From NCBI GenBank assembly GCA_038496445.1, contig JALMLS010000234.1:1-64000 (forward strand): a DNA stretch of 64,000 nucleotides. Reading direction: 5' to 3'. The DNA comes from Trichosphaerium sp. ATCC 40318 (taxonomy: Eukaryota; Protista; Tubulinea). Shown in pieces: positions 1 through 11,634 of this stretch. Numbering within the stretch: the first letter of the stretch is position 1; every line of letters begins with the position of its first letter. The position numbers and the translations under genes were made by a program. The notes under the pieces were generated by a model. That model saw only the letters and a program-made list of their open reading frames with translations, was not told where the DNA came from and searched no databases.

Positions 1-1250
1 TATAGCACCAGCAAGATCATTTTGATGACGAAATGTCTTAAGCATAGTATTATAAGCAACTATATCAACACCAACATTAAGTTTCATATCATTGAATATC
101 TCACTCGCTTTATCGTACTCTCTATTATCAACATAAGAGTTAAGTAATACATTATAAAGACGTCTTGTAGGTACACCAATCTTTTTAAAATAATACTCAC
201 AACGTTCAATATTACCTTCAGTAGAAAACTGACGAATAACAAGAATAAGAATATCATCGTTATAATCAATACTAGATTCCTCCATTTCTTTGAGTACGTC
301 CTCAACTCTATCAAGCATATCGTTATCTATGAGACAAGATACAATAATAAAGTAAGTATCAACATCAGGTGTGAACTCTTCGGGTCTTTGTTTAATCTCG
401 GAAAAGAACTTCATGACTTCATCAATGCTTGTTGTTTTACGGCAAGCTGTAAGAAGAGCATGAAGTGTATGTATGTTTGGCTTAATACCGGCTTCCTTCA
501 TCTCAGTTAAAAGATCTGTAGCCTCTCTAACACTTGTTGCTGTTGATATAGCAGCAGAATAGGTGTAATGGTTTGGCTCCATGTTGTTCTTCTTTAAAAA
601 ATCAAGTTCTTGTTTCGCAAGCTCAAAATCAGCTATACGTGGTATAGCCCATGAGTATAACTTTCTCATACGGTCTGGTCTATTTTTCTCTATATTCATT
701 TGCTTCTCTTTAATATATTTCGAACGAAAAAACCCTACAAGACGAAGAAAATTAGCACGAAAACTTTTTTTTTTTGGAGATTTCACTTTTGAGCGTTATT
801 TTTTTTCAGAATTTGTTGCTGATACTGTGCGCATGAGTTTAAATTACGTGTTGCGGGCGTCGTAGCGTTTTCAAAATAGAAAAAGCGCATTTTAAACGGC
901 GTTTCACATTATCTTGTCTTAAAAAATGCGTTGTACCTGCAGAGTGGTATAATTTCGCGTGGGTGCCTGTAGAGCCAACTCTAAGTGTAAATTAGTATTA
1001 TTTTTTACCAATCAAAGGCTAAAAACACTATTGCGTGCGATTTTAGCGTTTTTAGATCTTTTAGACTATTATCATCGCTAACACGTACCTTGAATAACCT
1101 TTTTTCTTATCAGTTCGTGCTTGCTTTGTATACAGTCGAGCGCGCGCGCGAGGCATATTACGTAGTACAACTATTGAGTTACGAGCATAAAACGCGCTAA
1201 ACATTACTAGCGCTACCCTAGGCACTTGTAAGCATGTAGCGAGAGTGCCA
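1..1250 (-). CDS. Pentatricopeptide repeat (PPR) protein, runs off the left edge; start uncertain
   Basis: Minus-strand exon 1-734 reads ...MEPNHYTYSAAIS...EMKEAGIKPNIHTLHALLTAC...PDVDTYFIIVSCL...GVDIVAYNTMLKTF, which are P-type PPR motifs; upstream exons joined by GT-AG introns. Confidence 0.85.
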
Positions 1251-1538
1251 GCCGTAATAATGTTTGGCGTTGCTGAAAAGCGTTAATCCGCGTCGTACCT
1301 GGTTTTGGTATAGCCTCAAGCGTGCGTTTATCTGTTTAATCGATTCCAATTAGACTGAAACACGACTTGACAATTTTGGGATTTTTGTAATGAAAATGTC
1401 GCATCTAAGATTCTTTAACATCTTCACATGGCTATCTAGCAATGCGCTTTCTCTATCGAATGGTATCCTGTGTATTTTTCTTGTGACGGTTAAGTCCTCA
1501 GGCGTCGGCACGTTGTACTCACATTGCACATCATTACA

Positions 1539-4353
1539 ATGGCTATTTTTGATGTTGGTGTTGGTGTATACGTAGTATTAGGGTTTTATTTGGCTGCTTT
1601 ACTATGTATTGGCGTAGTTGGGCGCTTTTTTAAAACTAAGAACAGCACAGGTGCGTTTGCTGTAAAATAACAAACAAACAACTAAAATGTAAAACTGTTT
1701 TCCTTTTTCGCTTGATTTTTCTAAACTAACATGACCCTTCTTTTCAGCGGATCACTACGCGGCTAGAGGAAAGTTAGGGTTGTTGTCACTAACTCTGACT
1801 ATTTATGCTTCATATGTATCAGGTTTCGCGCTTATAGGCGTCTCTGGAGACGCGTTTAGAACTGGTTGGCGATTTGATGTACCTTTTTAAGTCTGACACG
1901 TGATTTTAGGTTTTACAGCTCTTCGATGGCTTGTTGGGTATTCTCTATGGCCTATAAGTCTTACATTCATTGTATATAGTGAAAAGACGCTAGTTCACTA
2001 ATTGATTTTCTTCTAGGCTCCAGTTGTTTACAGATACTCCAGAAAATATAACTTTGTTTCGCCTACATCTTTTTACTACTTTCGGTACCTGAAACGATTT
2101 TATACTTCCTTTTTTTTTGACAGGTCACGTGTTTAGTTATCAATCTAATATATTTCGCTTGGTTATTGCGTCGTGTTTTATTATATATCATCTGGTAGCC
2201 ATTATGGGAAATCTACGGTAAGAAAAAAGACAATGTGTCAGAAAAAATAAATAAAAAAAGGACAATCAACTAAGGTTTTTAATTTCTAGAGCTATGGGTG
2301 ATTTTGTTGAAGGTTTCCTTGGTATACCTGCACTATACGGAGTTGCTTTTCTATGTACCATTTTACTCATATATCAAACCCTTGGAGGTGCGCTACTGGT
2401 AATTGTAAATTGTTTTGTAAAACCAAAAAAAGGAATGCGCAGTGTCGCATGGACAGATGTCTTACAGGTGCCTATCAAAGATTTACCAATGATGAATATT
2501 ATATAACGTTTATATAGGGAATAATACTTGGAACTGCATCAGTACTTTTATATATTGTGATAGCTGGACCAATGGGTGGACTGCAAAATGCGATGGAGTA
2601 TTTGCAAATAAACAAGGACGCTTTGACAAACGTCCCAGATGTTGCTACCAAAGGCACGTGATTTTTTAAATTAAAGTTTGATAGCATACAATTTAACATG
2701 GCTAGTGGCTTGGATATCATTTAATATTATATCAATGCAAGGAGGTACGAATTCTTTTCTATTTTGCAAGGTTTTCGAAAAAACTTAACCCGATCTTGAT
2801 GTTTCCTTGGTAACTACTGACCAACTATTTAATTTATAGTATCTCCAACAACAATCGTAAGGATATATGCAGCTAAATCTGAAAAGATACTACAAGCATC
2901 AATGATATGGGGCGGTGCATGGCAAGTACTTAATTTTAATTAAAAACAACTTGCTAATTGGAAAGTTTGATGGAACTTTGATAAATGGTGGCCTTCTAAT
3001 TTCTTTAGGATTGCGTATGTAGTACAATTAGGTCCAATATTTATTGGTAATATAACAAAACAAAGAACCACTTATTTTAGTTTCGATAAAGCAACAATCG
3101 CTTACTTTGAGTACAAGGCATCATTGGCGCTTACAAATACGCCTTTGAACTTCCTGATGCAGACTCTGATCAAGTACTGGCACTTGTATGTAGAGATTTA
3201 GTAGAGTCTGGAGGATGGTATTATTGGTTAGTTGCCATTCTTATATCGGGAATTGTTGCTGCCTTGATGTCAACAATAGATGCACACATTCTTTCAATCT
3301 CATCCGTGTTTGTCATTGACTTCATCCAGGCACGTACCTTAATCCACTCACTACAACAACTCTTAGTAATTCCAAAAACTTATAGTACTTCTCACGTAAC
3401 ACGTCACAAAAACGTCAATTGATTTATGGCAAAGCGTTCAGTATTGTTATCTTAGCAACTGCTGTTTTGGCTTCAACTGTGTATCCTTTGAACCTGACAG
3501 AAATATTTGTACTCGGACGTGGTTTAATTTTATTCGCCTTCCCAGCACTACTCCTTGGTTGTATGTTCCCGACAGTAGGTACACATTAGGCAGGGTTTTG
3601 TGTTTGTGTTTGACATTTTAATTCTTATTTTATTCTTAGTATTGCATTGGACAGTAATGCTTAGTGGTATTGTTGTAGCTCTTGTAGTTTTTGCTGGTGT
3701 TCAATTCTCTAATAACCCGCAACCGTATGGTCTTGATGCTGGATTATTTGCACTTGTAGCGAATTGTGTAGTAATTGTTATCGGCAAGCTTGTTATTCGT
3801 ATAGTAAAGGGAAAAGAAAGTCATGCAGAGCTTCATGGTATTTACCAAGAGGTATGCCTTTGATTTTTCTTTGCGTGATATCTTGCTTATCTATGCTAGA
3901 ACGACCTCACAAAGACAGCAGATAACGTACTTATTACCGAAATGATGAAAACAGCAAAAGATTCCGATGAAGAACAAGAGGAACCTGCGGAAGACACGGT
4001 AAACTTTGCTGTTTGTTTTCTTTTTCCCAATTTTAACAAATCATTTCCTTTAATTTACCTTCTTTCTATAGGATCTTATTGACAATATTGTCGCACCCCA
4101 TAAGTCGATGTTTACTGTACAACCTGTAATCGATAAGAACTTGCACAATGGAACGCCTAGCTGGATATGGTATATATTTTTAGTACCATTCTTATGTATT
4201 ATGTTGGTTCCTGTGTACAGAATGAGCGGTGACAGCGATCCTCTAGTTCTTGGTGGCTTCCCTGTTTGGGCTTTATTTTCTGTACTTCATCTTATACTTG
4301 CTTCTGTTGTAGCTACTGTATTCAGTTATATGATGTGGATTCCACTGTATTAG
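1539..4353 (+). CDS. Sodium:solute symporter (SSS/PutP-PanF family), multi-exon, with extra C-terminal 2-TM module
   Basis: Spliced: DHYAARGKLGLLSLTLTIYASYVSGFALIGVSGDAFRTG; GGMRSVAWTDVLQG; GIVAALMSTIDAHILSISSVFVIDF. Confidence 0.9.
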
Positions 4354-4902
4354 CGATCTTCCAGAAGTAAAAAATGAGAAAGACAATTGTAACTTAATTC
4401 AGTAAACAACTTTTTGTACAACAACGAGGTTAACCACAACATTGTTCCTGCTACACCCATAAGCACTTATTACATTCGTCGCTGATTCAATCTTGCCGTC
4501 AATATACGGAGCAAAGTTCATGAGAATTCACGAGCAGATAATCAATCTAAACTAACGAAATCGCTTAATGTACTTAAGATCGATGAGAATTTCTAAATAG
4601 TTCACAACTGGTTTACAACTACTCTTGGGTTACCATAACTATAACACTCATAAAATAGTACATCCTACAGTACGCCCTTATTTCTAACGTAAGTTAACTA
4701 ATAATTTGTACCTACTTCTTTCTATTTGTGTTAAAACCAAGAAGCTCATTTGTATGGGTTTACCCAACGTTAAAACAACCGGTGACGTACAAAAAGACTG
4801 CGCACTTGAGGGGTTTTTTTTTGATGTTCAATCTATTGAAACGTTTCAATCAAATTTTCTTCTAACGTTAAGATTGATCTAAAAATAGATCAAAAATAAA
4901 AA

Positions 4903-6754
4903 ATGGCACGACATACTCTCACAAGACCAGAGCTCGAAGAAGCAATTAACTTTAATCTACTTATTGTACGCTCGTATTCTAATACGGTGAACTGTCTAAC
5001 TTTGAAAAGGATGTTGTACGAAAATCGCTAAGAAAAGATGAAGTAAATGATTGCCTACGGTGAGTGCTACCTTGCTTTTATTCAAATATATAACTGACTA
5101 GCTTCTTTGAAGCTGTCTAGGACACGATCCAAATGGCTACAGCGCTTTGCTAAAGGCAGAACTATGTGAAAGACTAGTAATCGCTTTATATAATAAGCTT
5201 GGTGAATATCACGCTGGGCTACCTATTAAAGACGTCTATGATGTATGCGCTAGAATTGAAGCTCTAAGGCACGTGCTATAATCTTTTTTTTGGTTAACAA
5301 TCAATCAGTGCACAAACAATTCGAGGGCCAAAGTACACTTTTTACGGTTGTAGAGCCTTTCCAAGACCTTCACCTATTACTCTTGGTCGGCAACATTTAT
5401 TTGTTCCTGAATCAGTATTCATACCCCAACCAGCACCTTCTCAGCAAGCGGTGCATGGTTCTGCATTTGGACCCACACGAAAAGCGTGTTCAACGCCTCA
5501 ACCACAACGTTTTGTTCCGAGAACTACTACCTTAAATAATAGAGGTACTTTAACGAGCAGTATACCTCAAGGTATCTTGAACGTAATGCTGCAACCTGAC
5601 CCACGTGATCCATTTCATATCACCACCTCAACAGTTCCTTGTTGGTTGTACATTAATCGATCTGGAACGTATAGTCGTACTTTTACTGTACCTCCCGGTG
5701 GCAAGTGTTATGTACTGAGGTGTTTCAATCATAATCCAATCATTGAAGAGGGGTACTGCCCTTGGCCAGAGGGTTTGAATCAGATTGTTATCAATAATAA
5801 ATTGGTGAAGAGCAACAAAGTACGAAACAATGCCATTCATTTTGTTTTCGCATCCAAAAGTTCGAGAAACAGTGTTGTTTAATCACTTGTCTAGGGCAAA
5901 GGTATAGAACTAAACAGCCTTCCACAAGGAGTTAATACTATTGCCATTGGCGGCTATTTTCAAAAGGTGCTTGCTTCTTTGTTTATAGCAAAACCTCAAA
6001 GAGTCGTACTAACTTTGGTAGGCATGGTATTGTGTCATGCAAGAGTATATGCGACCTTCCGTAGAATCAATATGCCGTGGCTTACGTCAAATAACTTTTG
6101 AGGAAAGCAAGATGCAAGGTAAGTTTTAATTTACAACAAGTTTCTTTTTTAACAATTTATCTAGCTCGACAATCGTTTAACAACACAAGTGGCATTGAAG
6201 AACTTGAACGTAAAGTTTCTTTAATTGATCCTCTCGTACTACGACGTATAGTAATTCCGGCCGGGGTGTGCAATGTAGACACGTAAAGGTACGCCTAATG
6301 GATCAAACAGAAAACCACGTGAATATCTGTTACGATATGGTTCGCTTAACTCTACTTGGTCGTTTTTAATCTGGTTATTGGTCTAATGAGTTGTTAGTGT
6401 TTCGATGTTGGCGTATGGCTTGAGATGAATCAACGTTCAAATAATTGGCAATGCCCTATTTGTTCCAAATCAGTATTGTTCCATCAAGTCGTTGTAGATT
6501 ATTACTTTGCGAAAATACTACAAGATGTTCCTGGTAACGAGGTTATAATAAGACCAGATGGTAGCTATGGCTCCACTAGTGCTATTCAAGCGCATGATAG
6601 AAACGGAGGTGGCGAATATATCAGACCAATCAAGAAGCCAAAATGTGTAACAATCGACTTAACACTAGATGACAGTGATGATGATGACGACTACACGATG
6701 CAATCAGACGATCTACAAGATAGTTACTCAATGACGTCACTCACTCTACAGTAA
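4903..6754 (+). CDS. SP-RING (MIZ zinc finger) SIZ/PIAS-like SUMO E3 ligase
   Basis: VSLIDPLVLRRIVIPA-RGVQCRHVK-CFDVGVWLEMNQRSNNWQCPICSK; C-terminal SIM VTIDLTLDDSDDDD; needs a 1-nt correction near 6260. Confidence 0.85.
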
Positions 6755-7224
6755 CCACATAACCCAAGAATGACATGATGCATCAAACACATCAAGTCAT
6801 TTCAAGTGGTTGTCGTTATGTACCTAATAAACTCTTTATTCTCACATTGTTCAATATGGTAACCACATAATAGTTTAAACATACATTGCGCCTCTAGGTT
6901 CTCAAAAGTACTCACAGCGAGCAGAAAAACAATCAATGTACACTGTCGCTGCGTGTACCTTGCAATCAGAAAGTGAGCTTAATTCGCTTAAACTGTTGCT
7001 ACTTAACAACGTAGGATTTTCCGGATTATTATCGATACGTTCGCACAGCATGTGTAAGGCTCTGTTGCCTCAAGAGTAATTCTAAGTTAGCTCAGTTTTC
7101 AGCTTACTTGTACTTCGTACTCACAATGTGAGACTGTCAAACAGATTTTTTTACCTGAATGAACAACAAAAAGATAGCACGACTTTTAGCACCGAACGAA
7201 GAATGTGCACATGAATTTTGCTAT

Positions 7225-8246
7225 TTATTGACTATCACGCTTTGCACAGTTGCCACCGTTAGGATTACAGTACAGGTTTGGCATTAGCCTTCCAGTCCAT
7301 TTTGCTCTTAATCCAGCGATAGCATTATGGTTTGAGGATTGATCCCAAAAGCTAAATCCAAACTTTTCTCGATGAAAAAATGGACCAACATGTCCTCCCC
7401 AGAATCCCTCTCTAATTAAAGTATTGCACAAAGAGCGAGACCACTTTAGAGACCAAGGAATGTTTGACTTCGAAGCACCAAAAACACCTTCAGAGCCCGC
7501 TACAGTAGTACATGGAGGGTGCCCAGGAGGCAAGTACGGTACTTGATCTGCAGGTGAAGGAATGAAAGTAGCGCCACAGTGCGAGTTTCCAGATCCTTGG
7601 CAAGGACCGTATGCGCTCCCTGTAGTACCAGGGTATGCAGCGTCCCACATTGTAGTTTTCCTGCGTTGTTGGCCCCACAAGGCACGAGCGAACATACAAT
7701 GATCCTTCTTCACTTGTCTATCAGCACTAGTGTATCCTAAACAATGTTAGCTGCTACCAAACTGAAAACATGCCACAACTGCGATCAAAAAACGTACCAA
7801 CAAGTGCTCTAACATGGTTAATAGCAATACGATGCCATTCATCGACTTCTGCTTTGGTTGGGTTTGCATTGTCGGCAAAAGGTTGATGTTGGTAGAACAC
7901 CTCACGAATGCCTCTGATGCGATCGACACTTGGACAAATAGCTTTCCAGAATGCTCTTTTAGACATTTTAGAAGGGTCATATGTTGTTACACCATCCCAT
8001 CTAGAGTGACGCCATGCATTTTGTGAGATCCAACCGACACCGTCAGGATCATGAGCGGTGTTTACTCCTGAAATCGCTTTTGCGTTCATTATGGACCAAT
8101 CTGCTTGGTTTGGGGTGTATTGTACAACAGCTGTTGCTGCAGTAGACAGTACATATATACATAGTAGTAACGTTGCTATCAAAGAGTTAGAATCCTCGCA
8201 GTACAAATTTCTATTTTCGTTGATATGTACCTGAGGTAAATTTCAT
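7225..8246 (-). CDS. Secreted Cys/Trp-rich protein, possibly divergent CAP/SCP-like; 3 exons
   Basis: Signal peptide MKFTSATLLLCIYVLSTAATA after splicing; ORFs 7754-8206 and 7225-7713 join in frame across a GT-AG intron (~7738-7796). Confidence 0.7.
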
Positions 8247-9924
8247 TTCAGTAATAGGTGTTATCACGTGTTGTTGTTTTGAAGTGTTGTTTGTTTGATA
8301 ATTGTATTAGTGATAATGTAGTCTGAAAAATGTCGAGTTTTACCCGTGCACAATATTACTAATCGCGTTATAAATTGTTGTACATACTAAACTGTTATTC
8401 CAACAAATAAAGCGCACTTGCTAGCTGTAGCTAGTGTGACGCTATTTATCGGACTAATAATCGATAGTCTGGCGTCAACAAGCTACCATATAGAACAATG
8501 AAGATCAGATGGTCTTATGAAAATCATTCCATTGGGTATAGACGTAAAACAAAATTGGGTACTCGTGCAGTACCGAAATAATCATCGCAATGTATGATTC
8601 CATAGGTAAAATAAGCTTGATGTAAATATAGGTAGATTGTACTTTACGCTGAATCCACAGCCAACTAGACAATATTTATTGATGTTATGACCAAGCGAGT
8701 ATTTTTAGATACACCACAGTTTTTTGTTTTCAAACGCAATTCATGTCCATAATCAATCTTCAATTACATAACGTAATCGCGCATCATACAATAACACATC
8801 GTCACCTCGATTAACACGTGATGGCGTTATAAAATATCGGAGCTACGATAAAAAGAAAACTGCATTTTTACTGCATTTTATTACTTGTTAGAATAACACT
8901 CATTTCGCAGTATTTAGCATATTGACCTCAACATAATCCATGAGAGGCTTGTTGCCAACTTATTCGTTTTCAGTATTTCGATCTTTTTTATTTTGGTTTT
9001 CTTGTCACGTGATAAATAACCCTCCGTGCACTCATCTCACTGTATTTCAATAACCAGCACTGTAGCTATGATATTCCCTAGGGCGTTATTGAGGAATGTA
9101 AACCCAACATCTTTGAATAGTAGCCATCAACGTGTGCCTTTGTTACATAATAGAAACATCAAGTTGTAATCGACTTGCGTCAAACAAGTTGTTGTTAGTT
9201 TAATCTGACCTCATGTACATTTGCCAAATCGCCAAGAGCCTGTCTTGTATTATAGTTCTACGTAGTGTTTAAAAAGTCTTGATCATCTAGCTGCCTTTTG
9301 AATTTGTGCTCTTATACATCGCTCTATACAATAACGTCATGAATAATTAGAGCAAGTCCATGACAGCTCTAAGCGGCTGAATAATGCACTAGATTGTAAA
9401 TGGTTTATGGCGTAAAGATTCACCTGTGTACCAAGGACCATTAACTTTATTTTCTATTGAATTTATTCAGTTTTCTGGCCTCATGGGTGTTGGAGTGTAA
9501 ATGATTATGTTTGAGGTGACCATTTTTCATCGTCTTACACACCGTGATTTACGTAGGAAACAGACTGGGCCTTGCAAGAAAAGCGAAGGTCTTAGGTCTT
9601 TTAAAAAGGGTCGGGATTGAGCAACATGTTCAGGTATAAGATTGCTATTTCAAAAAAAGGGTCGAAAAAATGTCAAAGTGATATTGAACTGTATGCCACA
9701 AAGGGAGACAACTGGGTTATGGTGCTCAGTCGCCGCTAGACTCTGTCCCCTTCATTTGCCCACTACAACAACTCTAGCTTCCATTGTTGTAATCCTGGTC
9801 GTGACCTGACTGGTCAGTGAAATTTAAAAATAGTTCGCTAACTTTTTTGACTTATAATACGGCAAATTTCGTTTCAACGATTTATCACGTGTTACTGAAA
9901 AAACAAACTTTATTGAATTAAATA

Positions 9925-10648
9925 ATGACAAAACGGTGCCTTGACGTATGCTTCTTTTCTATGCTGCCAAGTTAACCAGAATCAGGAGAAAAAAATAGAA
10001 TTAGAGCAATACGGTTTATTACAGTTGCCAGTTGAGCTACACATGAATATTTCAGAGTTAGATGTTGAGATGTATATAAAATGGCCTCTGCTATGTAAAC
10101 AAGCTGCTCTAGTTCGTTATGATGAGAATCTATTGAAACATGGTAAATGGTTACTGTATCACAAAAAGCAAGCATTAGATAAGCAAGGGTATGGTTTTGG
10201 CTGGTTTTACAGCGGCCAATTGCGTAGGCAATGCTATTATGTTGATGATATGCTACAAGGAGAATTCAAAGACTGGTATGATGGCGGACAATTGTTCATA
10301 CACTGCAATTTCGTTGATGGTAAAGTACAAGGTGAATACAAGTGTTGGCATGACAACGGCAAATTGAGCAGGCAATTTACATACGTTGGTGGTATACTAC
10401 AAGGAGACTACAAGGAATGGTATGCCAATGGACGATTGCGGAGACAACAAATGTTCGTTGATGGTAGGCAACAAGGAAACTACAAGGAATGGCATTACAA
10501 TGGCCAATTGTGTACAAAATGCAATTTTGTTAATAATGTACAACAAGGAGAATACAAGAAATGGTATGATAACGGCCAAATACGCGAAAAGGGTGTATAC
10601 GTTGATGGTAAAAAGACTATGACAACGCAGTATTCTATGGCTTGTTGA
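9925..10648 (+). CDS. F-box-like N-terminus plus MORN2/YwqK-type repeat protein
   Basis: LLQLPVELHMNISELD motif followed by about six 24-aa repeats GEYKxWYDNGQLxxxxxFVDG; single 34-nt intron 9946-9979 gives start MTKRCLD. Confidence 0.8.
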
Positions 10649-10843
10649 ATGAGCAATAGAGTTGAGGTGATAAACAGTATTAACTACAAGGACCAATATT
10701 AAAGAATTTGATGACTCAATGTAACTTTTTCGAGTTTTGTTGCAGTACTAGTTGTTACTGATATTTTACGCAGATATTGACATTCAAATACGTACGTCTC
10801 GTACTAGAGCACAGTTTCAAATTAATAGCATTTTATTGTCTTT

Positions 10844-11249
10844 TCAAGAAACACGTGGTTTTCTCATCCATTGTTTACGATCGTATTTAGCTTGAAAAAA
10901 AGCTCTACTGCTCCTTGATATTCCACAATTCTCCGTATATTTTTCTTCAAGCACAGAATTTGCAACTTGGTTGCCATTGTTTTCCATTTTGCATAGATAC
11001 TGTTCGTTCCATTTATCCAAGTCCAAACTCTTTACCCGAGTAATATGGGTACCAAGACTTCTATGTTTTCCAGAACACATAAAGCAAATAAGAATGCCAT
11101 AAGTAACACTTGCCCAGGTAGGGTCTGCGAAATGATAAGTTATTAACTTCAAACAGAAGCTTACTTGGCTGGCCGCAATCTGCACAATAATTATTGCCCG
11201 GGAGCTTCTTCACTCTTTTCAGGCGTATTTTAGCTTCTTGGGATGCCAT
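10844..11249 (-). CDS. Small ArfGAP-domain protein
   Basis: NNYCADCGQP|PTWASVTYGILICFMCSGKHRSLGTHITRVKSLDLDKW: CxxC-x16-CxxC-x4-R ArfGAP signature. Confidence 0.9.
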
Positions 11250-11634
11250 CAACGTTGGCTCTTTGTTATTAAGTGGCTACAGCTAAGTAACTGTTCACGT
11301 AATAAGCGACGTTGCAAAGCTGTCACGTGGCACAGACAATCACTCTAGAATTACATAGAAAAGTCCGTGGCTGCGATTAACAATATCGTGGTGCTCCTGT
11401 TGTCAGAGTTTTGTTTAGGGTCACTTTCTAGGCGAAAACTGCCTACAAGCAATCACTTTTTTCCAGAAATGTTGAGAGAAAAAAGCTTGACACAAGTTCT
11501 TACAGGAAACTTGTGGCGCAGGTATGACAATGTGCCAGTTACTCTTTAGAATGCTAGTATAAAAACTATTTCAAATGACGTTTAAAGACATGAGTAACCT
11601 GAAACGGCTTGGTTTAAAAAATTCTTTTTTTACT

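Noticed and set aside
1139-1150. (GC)n run as a Z-DNA or regulatory element
   Set aside because: Short, single, and probably within a PPR 5' exon
8250-9690. Long gene-free interval as a transposon remnant
   Set aside because: No terminal repeats, target duplication or transposase/RT-like translation could be seen
10190-10620. ~72-bp periodic repeats (caaggaatggta...aatggccaattg) resembling a CRISPR or satellite array
   Set aside because: They are in-frame coding MORN2 repeats with synonymous variation and no unique spacers
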